Source: Octopus bimaculoides
Taxonomy: Eukaryota
Direction of reading: 5' to 3'
NCBI RefSeq assembly: GCF_001194135.2
Contig: NC_068981.1
Coordinates: 126,760,478 to 126,824,477, forward strand
Length of the DNA stretch: 64,000 bases
In this document: in pieces, positions 54,909-64,000 of the stretch
Numbering within the stretch: position 1 is the first letter of the stretch
Layout: each line of letters opens with the position of its first letter
Translations under genes and position numbers: made by a program
The notes under the pieces: generated by a model
Told to the model about the DNA's origin: nothing
The model's input: the letters and a program-made list of their open reading frames with translations, nothing else
Databases searched by the model: none

Positions 54909-54981
54909 GGTCGCTGCCGTGAATCGAACTCGGAATCTTGGGGTTAATAGCCCGCGCTCTTAACCACTACGCCATATGCCC
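54909..54981 (-). other. tRNA-Asn-like Pol III cassette (not a canonical tRNA gene)
   Basis: Minus strand GGGCATATGGCGTAGTGGTTAAGAGCGCGGGCTATTAACCCCAAGATTCCGAGTTCGATTCACGGCAGCGACC. A box TGGCGTAGTGG, B box GAGTTCGATTC, anticodon arm GGG-CTATTAA-CCC (compare eukaryotic tRNA-Asn GG-CTGTTAA-CC), T arm CCGAG/CACGG with one mismatch. The acceptor stem is poor. Confidence 0.7.
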
Positions 54982-55559
54982 GTGGGCAATAATGGAATGA
55001 ATTTTAGGGCTTATAAATCTATTATTTTTCTATCCTTCTTCAATACCGGTTCCCATATGCTATTCATATCTGCACTCGGTCTGCTTAGGAGGTTGTTGTG
55101 TCCTAGCATATGTGCTGCTTCCTCATCTCTTAAATATAGAACTGAATTCTGAACTATTCATAGCGATTTCCAGCTGGAGCGACACTGAGTATATTCTAGT
55201 ATACATGATGATCGCTTCATCTTGTTAGACGATAGCCGTCTCACATTCAACCTAATTGTTTTGCTTTACTTCTATCCTTGCATATGCACGCATCCATCGA
55301 CATAGGACTTTATAAAATATAAATCGGATCAAGAAATGAAATGATAGTAAGACATTTCTACGTCATTGGATTTAAGTGACAAAAGCTTGTACAAGATTTT
55401 TGCCAAGCTGTCTGTCGCCATAGTAGTCCAGTAACAAGTATTTCGACATGACTAGGACTATTTTGAATGAAAGTTTTGTCAAAGACTCTTTCTCTCAGCA
55501 GAGATGAGACTTTATCAAAAATAACGGAGCCTCTTCTACTCTTAGGATGCCATAGATGG

Positions 55560-55705
55560 GATCCTGACAGGTACTACTGTTCTGAGTCAGAACGAACCTG
55601 AGAGTGATGGTAATTAATGGATGACCCCATGCTCCCCATAACTCCAGAACTCCTGAACTGGAACCTCACTACCGGATGCAGTTTAATGTCTTACCCAGGA
55701 CATAC
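55560..55705 (+). mobile_element. RTE-type LINE/SINE 3' tail
   Basis: GAACCTGAGAGTGATGG...CTCCAGAAC...CTGGAACCTCACTACCGGATGCAGTTTAATGTCTTACCCAGGAC, recalled as an RTE-like 3' UTR pattern; not verified by search. Confidence 0.45.
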
Positions 55706-56401
55706 ATACATTTATCTGCGTGTGTGCGCGTATGTATGTGTATGTATAGGGTGAGACATATGTTTGCTATTGTTGTCAGTAATAATTTAGCATTGCCTTT
55801 AGAACGACACAGTTGCTTGCTTGGAGCCAGTAGTAATATCTTAGGACTTCGAAGCATTTGCATAACTTTCTGTAATAGTTTCCTCGATAAATTTCATTAA
55901 AAATATTTTTTAAATGAAGATTTTCTTCTGCAATTCCGAAATGCAGTGTGTATGGATTTCAGACGCTTAATTTGTTACCAATCGCAATTAATGTTTAATT
56001 GGCGATCATTAATTTTCATATTCACTACGAACAGTCAGATGTGTGATAACATCATGTAATTAAAATGTCTTCCAAGAGGGGTTGCAAACAGATTTATATT
56101 TTGCCACTTATTAAAGAATGTTGTAGCTTTGAGAAAATTTTCTTTAAATACACAAATATTGGAACTATTCATAAATATTGTTTTTGTTATACATTCTTTT
56201 TTGTGTTATGTCTATAATCACAAAGGGCTATTTAGTAGAACTGACTCAGTTTAAACGTGCACATATCTTTTCGTTCCTATTTCCCAGAGGTAGTAATTGT
56301 AGCATAGCAGATGAATTTTTTCAATGAAACATTATGTTTAGCCATGCAAATATTTACAATTTTTTTCTTTATAACATGAGCAATCATAGAGTCATCATCA
56401 C

Positions 56402-56436
<35 letters not shown>

Positions 56437-58984
56437 ACAACAACTTAACCACTTTCACTTTGTATTCCTAATCCTTGAAGATTCTTCATAGTGTACATGG
56501 AAAAAAGATTACTTATTCATTTAGGAATTGACTTAACAGATGAAGCATTCTTTGTTCTTGATATAAGACGGTTGAAGAACTAAATTAGTTTAAATTCTTA
56601 TAAGAAGGTTAAAGTTGGAAGTAAATATACGGTTTTCTTAAATAACATCGCAAACGTCTGGTCATTGTACGTCTGACATTTATATGATGTAATTTAATTC
56701 ATTCTTTCATCATTTAATTTGAAGAAAATGATAAAGTGACCTTATGTTTTCCAAGTTCTCATAGACTAGGACGTAGAAAGATATGGAGGAGGTTAATATC
56801 GTTAGCTTTCAGTTAAAATACCCACCAAATAGTGGTTAAGTGAGGAAAAATATAGACAGTGTGAGTGTTCTAGAGAGAGCATGTTCTAACATGACAAAAT
56901 ATTTAGTAAAGGAGTTAGTGAGTGTGATTCATTACATAAGTAACGACATTTCGGTGGTGTTCTTGAATCATGAGCTTCATATCACTACAATCTTTCGTGT
57001 AACAGCTTTGTTTTGTTTGGGGATTTGTTTGTTTGTGGCGGGGTGCGTGTGTTTTATATACATTCAAGCTGGCTTGTACTTAAGTATATTGGTTATTGTT
57101 TTCACTAGGTGACTGCTATATATCATTTTGTTAATATCCTTTTGAATGTCGTCGTGTCATTGTTTTCCATGGGCCAATTTGAGGGGCGTTTGTATCTAAT
57201 ATTTAATATCGTTGTTATACTTTATTTCTTTAGTTTGTCATTCGTTTCTATCTGATATTTCATTGATAGTGATGTTATTTTGATTATTTTCGTATAGTTA
57301 CTTTTCATTAGTCAATTTCGTCGCCTATTTTGTCTCTACTAGTCGAGTTTGCTTTTCTCTCCCGTTTCACTGAATTGTTATTCGGTTAATATCTATATTG
57401 ATTATTTGAAGATTGTCTGATGTCGCTCAATTATATTATGCTGAAGACGATTTCTTTTTCGTTTATTGATCCAATATCTCTAAACAGATTCTTTTTCAAT
57501 GGTTTATATATTGATCACTTTGTTTTACTAGGAAAATATTGTTATTCTGTTGGGGTCGACATTACCGTGCTTCGACTGACATCACCACTGATACATCATT
57601 ATTTCCTCTGTTTGAAATTTGGGCCGATTCTCTAAAGTAGTACTAAATAATATAATCTAATACACATTCAAGGATATATCCACAAAATACACAGGGAAGT
57701 AGGAATATTAATGTTAAAATAAATATCAACTTCAGAGTATTGAGCACTCCGTAACTATTATATATACATATACTGAAAGATGTATTGAGAAATATATTAA
57801 GTTCCCACTTTTTAAACCTGTGGTGCACTCTCTTCACATAGACACAAGTTGTGTGCATATAGCTATGTCTATGTTTGAAGTCCAGAAGATTCAATTGCTG
57901 AACACTAACAACGATTGGACAATAACAACCTTACCACCACAGACCACAATGATATGGAATAGCACAAAGCGATATTCAAGAGGTTGCTTTTTCTGTGTAC
58001 ACATTTCTTTCCTCTAATTATGAGACTGAAATAACAATTGAAACGGGGCTTCATGTGTGAGATAAATTGATATTTATTTTAATACTGCTTTTCGTACTAA
58101 CATTTTTAGACTTGTAAAAACATCATCATAGAATAAAAATCATCTTCGGTCCATGAAGAGATTAGTACCTTATAGCTAATCATTGTCAAATAAAACTCGG
58201 GTAGGACCAAGCTTGACAGTCTAATTTGCTTTGAAGTACATCCACAAACAATTAAATAATTTATTAATAGTGTGCAACGCAGTATTTTTAATAATTTGAA
58301 ATTCAAATTGTGCATTTTTTTATGAACATTCAATTTTAGCCTTGCTCTTAAATGTAAATTAACGATGGTTTCGACACGGAGTTTATCTCCTCGAGGGAAA
58401 AGGAAACTGCTCTAACCAATGCTTATTGATGCAAAACTGTCATCATCTCTCTATATGAAGCTTAGTTTCTTAACTTTTTATCTGGTGTATACATATTAAG
58501 GCCAAATTGTTCTATGTCTTTTCATAAAAACACAATTTCAACCATGCTCAGAAAATAAAGAAGGTAGTTACACCACAATTGGAATGAATCAAACCACTTT
58601 TTACTTTTGTTCGTCCATCAAGGTGCTTGATGAATTAATTAACTGACATTGTCAATGCATGGACTGTTAAGTAAATTAAATAGGTCACTCTGCCTTTGTC
58701 TGGGTTTGTATACCCTAAATTATCTATAAGCTACTTTCCGTGCTCAGGTGAATATTCTTTTTATGATAGAGATCAAACAAGACCGGAAAATTTTCAAATC
58801 GATTCAATTATTTTCTTCTGCTCGCTGTGGTATCTATGTTTGAAGCATTTTGTGAGCCTTTCATAGTAAGAGCAGCAAAAATCTAGTACAGTATCCAACA
58901 CCGGAAATGTGTGTGCATGTGTGCCTCTGTGTGGTGTGTGTGCACGTGTGCCTCTGTGTGGTGTGTGTGCGTGTGTATGCGTAG

Positions 58985-59160
58985 ACGGGTGACTTAATAG
59001 TTAGGATGATACACTAATGAACGTAAGATTGTGGTTTCGATTCATGGACCGCGTGATGTGTTGTTTTCGTGAGCAAAACTCCATTTTACGTTGCTTCAGT
59101 CCACTCACCTGGCAAAAATGAGTAATCCTGTGACGAACCGGTGTCCCGCCCAGAAATTGG
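58985..59160 (+). mobile_element. Diverged SINE related to family C
   Basis: B box GGTTTCGATTC, then CAGTCCACTCACCTGGCAAAAATGAGT, which is shared with the reverse complement of 22110-22138. Confidence 0.65.
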
Positions 59161-59605
59161 GCTGGAGTATATACACCACAGTATCCGGGAAGCCTTGCTT
59201 ATGACTCTATGACACAGGGAGAACCTTTGATCCTTTTGTGATACACACACGCCCACCCCCATATATATTATATATATATATATATATNNNNNNNNNNNNN
59301 NNNNNNNNNNNNNNNNNNNNNNNNNNNNNNNNNNNNNNNNNNNNNNNNNNNNNNNNNNNNNNNNNNNNNNNNNNNNNNNNNNNNNNNNNNNNNNNNNNNN
59401 NNNNNNNNNNNNNNNNNNNNNNNNNNNNNNNNNNNNNNNNNNNNNNNNNNNNNNNNNNNNNNNNNNNNNNNNNNNNNNNNNNNNNNNNNNNNNNNNNNNN
59501 NNNNNNNNNNNNNNNNNNNNNNNNNNNNNNNNNNNNNNNNNNNNNNNNNNNNNNNNNNNNNNNNNNNNNNNNNNNNNNNNNNNNNNNNNNNNNNNNNNNN
59601 NNNNN

Positions 59606-59637
<32 letters not shown>

Positions 59638-60555
59638 TTAGTGGACCTGGAGGACTTTTGCTAGCACTCTGCTAATATTTGACTTGAGGCCGTTTAAAGG
59701 AGAGACTTGAGCCAGGCAGGGAGGAGATTACAGAAGGCTAACATTCTGAGAAGAAAGGACTAGATACAGTGCTTAAAGCAAAGCCAAGTTTAGACACAAC
59801 AGGGGTGACGAGTGGAGGAATGACAAATGGGTCAGGAGTGCCTCAGTGGTGGAGATATGAGATCAGTCAACTCCGGGAGCAGAAGCCAGTATGTTCTTGT
59901 GCGTAAGTACGTCTTTGCATTAGACATCTATATGTGTAATGTCCGCGTGATTTGTGTTCAAAGCAAGTGAAAAAAAAAACAACAACCTTTAGAGATATAA
60001 GAAAAGAGAAAATGCAATGGGTATCTACATAAAGTAAGAAATATAGCTACAAAATAGAGAGAGAACTGATAAGAGCGAGGAAAGAGAGAAACGATGCATA
60101 CTGTTACCGAATGTAAGAAAAAAAGACTGAAAGATAAGGAGAAAGAAATATAGATTCAGTTTATTGGGAATGATAAACTTATCGTTAGACATTCTGCATC
60201 GAATAACCAAATGAAGAGAGTAGAAAATATATCAAATGATAAAGAAAAACTCGACAAATACGATGATGTTTGGCTAATGTATTAGTTATGCCTTTACATA
60301 AGTTATTGCTGGAATTTCCTTTTAATGTTGAGAAAATTTAGGAAAAATATCGGGAAAGAAAAATATTAACACAAAAATAAAATTATGGACCACTGTGAAC
60401 AAAGATATGTAGAGACCTTATAAATCTAGAGAGCATTGCATGTCGTTGTTTATATGAATAATGTTAACTGTTTCTGCACACCACTATATGTCTTGTAAAG
60501 CTAACTTTTGACAAGATGTAAAATATTTGCTTCTCTTTCTTGCTTTCTTATCTAG

Positions 60556-60647
60556 ATTACCTGAAGACACGAAGAAAATATATCAACCTGGTAAGCCTTG
60601 CTCAAAATGTCCGGAGAAAACAAAATGTGTTAACGACTTATGTTTAA
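60556..60647 (+). CDS. CAP-domain protein, coding exon C (Cys-rich hinge; phase 2-1)
   Basis: Acceptor ttctctttcttgctttcttatctAG at 60554-60555; AG from exon B plus A gives Arg. Encodes LPEDTKKIYQPGKPCSKCPEKTKCVNDLCL, the Y-x-x-G-x-P-C-S-x-C-P-x4-C-x4-C hinge of CRISP/GLIPR1-type proteins. Donor A|GTAAGT at 60648. Confidence 0.9.
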
Positions 60648-62205
60648 GTAAGTATAGTTATTCACATAATTTATCATAAAATAAATTATCATTCGCTTCT
60701 AATAATACTTCATACACACATGTCTGTGTGTTTATATATATATGATTTAGAGGCACGCCGAGCTGCGATGATAGAAAGATAGGAGTGTACAATTATATTT
60801 AACACGTTCACCTTATACGCATAAATGTGTGTATGTACGTAAATATACGTGTGTGTATGCATGTATAGGCTTGAGTGTGTATGTATTTATGTATACGTAG
60901 GTGTATATGAATATGTGTGTATCATATATAAATATATATTTAGATATATANNNNNNNNNNNNNNNNNNNNNNNNNNNNNNNNNNNNNNNNNNNNNNNNNN
61001 NNNNNNNNNNNNNNNNNNNNNNNNNNNNNNNNNNNNNNNNNNNNNNNNNNNNNNNNNNNNNNNNNNNNNNNNNNNNNNNNNNNNNNNNNNNNNNNNNNNN
61101 NNNNNNNNNNNNNNNNNNNNNNNNNNNNNNNNNNNNNNNNNNNNNNNNNNNNNNNNNNNNNNNNNNNNNNNNNNNNNNNNTATACATGTCTCATCGCAGC
61201 ACTTATGCTGATATTACCTGCTGTAATTCATACATGTTTATCTCCCTTATCTTTCACGAACTGTTTGGAAAAAGTCTGGTGCAGATTGTATAATCTCCAA
61301 ATAATGTTATCGATATATTTTCAGATTTACTCTGAAACTGATTTTTTTTTCTTTTTGCAGCATTTTTTTCTTTTGACTTTTCTTTCATCAATTTCATTTG
61401 AAAGAAAGATTTCTAAATTAAACCCATAACATCTTCATGTCAAAATCTATATTTATATTGTCCTAAAATGTCATTACATGTTCTCGAATCTTTTTCGCAC
61501 AAATATTATATCAAGTACAAACCGATCACTAGAACTTTCTACTTCCCGACGCTTTCACGTAAAGTCACACTGGTCTATTTTTCATTTAAGTTTTAGGCAT
61601 GAACATCAGGAGGGATTTGCGTTTTCAAATTATGTTAATAGATTAATAACCATTAACTTCTACCAGCAGGTATTTGCTTGACATATTTTAAGGAGTCATA
61701 CTCGAGATTTAGTATCCCTGTAATGCAACAGAGACTACTCGAAGGGGTATTTATTTACTGCGCAAGTAAAGGTGCTACATGAATGAATTTAATAGCCGAT
61801 TAATCTACCTTCGTATCTAACCCTAACGATATCTAAAATTAAATTTAGTGAGCGATAGAATTTTGCCTGTCTTCAGCATCTACATTCTCTTCTATACGAT
61901 ATGTTTTAAATAGTACAATACCAATAACACAAAACATTTCCTTGCGCGATCAATATAATTTATAAGCTAATTAATAACAAATTTTTAAATATTTTGTTAT
62001 CACTGGTGCAGTTATATTTAGATTATATTAAAACCTTCTGTAAAATGAATGTCAAACCGCAATTATCAGTGCAAAATTCAACAATACTTGTTAAATTGCG
62101 AAATAAGAAACAGGAAAATATGCGAAGCATTATTCTCATATTCAAATATCCAATTTAAGAATATTGAAACATATTTATTTTTTCGCCTATGTAAATATAG
62201 GGAGG

Positions 62206-62258
<53 letters not shown>

Positions 62259-63234
62259 ACTGGAGATGAACATGTTGCACTCATTAATAGTCTACCGGGT
62301 ATTCTGATATTGAAAACTTTACGAAGGACCACCGAGCCAATCGAGAAAGCAATTGGTAAGCGCTTTTTCATTCACAAGGGAGATCTTTTTATCCACCTTG
62401 GATCGATCATTTTCTGCTTAATACCTATCGTTACGAAAGAGGTATCAAAGCTACATACACTATGACCTACTTAAACATTACGTTGCAGAACATTTCTATT
62501 GAGCGCGGACAACTTGAAGTGCATGTAAATCACAAGAAAGAAAAGCTGTTACTGTTTAGCTATATGGTATCAGACAACGGTATAATATATTAGCAGGCTT
62601 TCGAGGAACGGAAAGACTAAAGTGGTCCTGAAACTGTAAAACAGAAAGCAGCGGCAGTTCAACTGCTTTCTTTACGGTAGTAATTATTGAACCATCGAAT
62701 GAGACTCTATGTCATCTGTTTATATATTATTAATAGCAGACAAATCTCCCTCAGATCACAACTTAGCGACTTATAAAAGTAAGGACACTTCTTGTGTGTG
62801 GGGGGGTGTACAATTTCGTGTTTTCCTTAGAAGCAATGCACAGTATCAGAATTTTCAACTCGACCCAACTACAACAAACTATTCCGAATCCTCATCAGAG
62901 GAGTCAGGACAGACTAGTTTGTGTTTGCACCAAGTCATATAACTTGTAATAATGAATTCAAACTAATTATTGATATATTGAAAGCATTTAATACGTACGT
63001 TTCAGATCTTGCGTAATATATGATAGGAATATATTAACTGCAGAAGATTTTGCAAGAGGATGTATTTCCTATTATATATATTACGCAACATCTGAGACGT
63101 TCGTATTAAATGCTTTATCATTATTCTAATCTTATATATATATAATCAGATAGAAAGGAGAATAACTCCCTGTGCAGAACAATAACTTAGCGGTCTAATT
63201 AAATGACCAACATGAAATATAAAGATTGATAAAA

Positions 63235-63966
63235 AGAGAACAAATTTCAGGAGTCAGAATTCATTTCTTCATTAGATTTCTCAACATCGGAATACTTCAT
63301 AAAAATATACGTAAATATAAATATGTAGATACAATATAAAATATAAAACATAAATATACTCGAATGACATCATATGAAATTGTATGTCCGTGTTTGGAAT
63401 CAATGAGAAAACTATTATATATGCACGGTCGATATTGCATTAATCAAAATCATGAAACTAGATGAAAGTATGGTTCAAAATGATTTAAAGAGGAATCCAT
63501 AGATAAATCCAGTGAAAGTTCAAATTCTTACGGCCGTTTCAAAAACAAGTGGTATGAAATGTGCGAACCATTTCCATATGAAACTGCAGTAAGAATTTGA
63601 ACTTTCACTGGATATATCTATGAATTCTTTAAATCATTTTGAACCACCCTTTCATCTATTTGATAATTTGGATTAAAGCAATATTGACCGTGCATGTATA
63701 ATAGTTTTCTCCTTGATTCCAAACATGGACATACAATCTCATACGATATATCGTCAATATGGACATTTTTCGGCCGGCTTGGAAACGTCTAAACCACTCG
63801 TACATTTGTGTGCAGCTCATGCACTCATCTCCATACACTTTCTGCAACTTTGTGCAGTATATATATGTTTTATATTTTATATTGTATCTACATATTTATA
63901 TTTATGTATATCTTTATAAATTATTCCGATGTTAAGAAATCTTCTGACTCCTGAGTTTTGTTCTCT
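63235..63966. repeat. Large foldback palindrome (about 300-bp arms)
   Basis: 63235-63541 is the imperfect reverse complement of 63579-63750 plus 63857-63966. Confidence 0.9.
63750..63856 (-). mobile_element. Mariner transposase N-terminal HTH fragment
   Basis: KLQKVYGDECMSCTQMYEWFRRFQAGR matches the mariner pattern LxxVYGDxxxSxxQxxEWFxRFxxGR. No TIRs nearby. Confidence 0.85.
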
Positions 63967-64000
63967 CCCTCTCTCTTTCACTATATATATATATATATAG

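Larger units (their letters stand above)
54730..55144 (-). mobile_element. 5'-truncated Penelope-like retroelement 3' end with tRNA-like cassette and hammerhead motif
   Basis: Flanked by the 14-bp direct repeat AATTCTGAACTATT (54716-54729 and 55145-55158). Minus-strand frame 55142-55011 reads VLYLRDEEAAHMLGHNNLLSRPSADMNSIWEPVLKKDRKIIDL*, resembling the Penelope GIY-YIG C-terminus (R..EA.HI...NNL..R......W.PVL). It is followed by a tRNA-like cassette, (AAT)n and a CTGACGA...GAAAC motif. Confidence 0.7.

Noticed and set aside
54909-54981. Functional tRNA-Asn gene
   Set aside because: Weak acceptor stem, ATT anticodon and T-stem mismatch, embedded in a retroelement; treated as a tRNA-derived cassette.
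59640-59900. Possible RTE ORF2 C-terminal relic (NDKWVRSASVVEI)
   Set aside because: Only one short motif; too weak to list as a feature without a search.

Overview
AT-rich eukaryotic genomic DNA, very dense in microsatellites, with 15 N-gaps (about 6.5 kb), most flanked by simple repeats. The SINE families and repeat landscape suggest an octopus (inference). One protein-coding gene is supported: three + strand exons (5175-5390, 34514-34632, 60556-60647; 427 coding bp) with canonical AG/GT junctions. They splice in frame into the central and C-terminal part of a CAP/SCP-superfamily protein (CRISP/GLIPR1/PI16/venom-allergen-like) with a Cys-rich hinge. The gene is partial at the 5' end and probably the 3' end, and has introns of 29.1 and 25.9 kb. 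Its His/Glu/Glu/His tetrad is largely degenerate. The remainder is intronic repeat content: three tRNA-derived SINE families, decayed LINE fragments (R4/Dong-like, CR1/L2-like, RTE-like), mariner/piggyBac/Helentron-like non-autonomous DNA elements and several long palindromes. The most unusual element is at 54730-55144 (minus), flanked by a 14-bp direct repeat. It is a 5'-truncated Penelope-like retroelement end whose 3' region carries, on one strand, a tRNA-Asn-like Pol III cassette, an (AAT)n tract and a minimal dimer-type hammerhead ribozyme. All protein and family assignments come from motif recognition by eye; no database searches were run.
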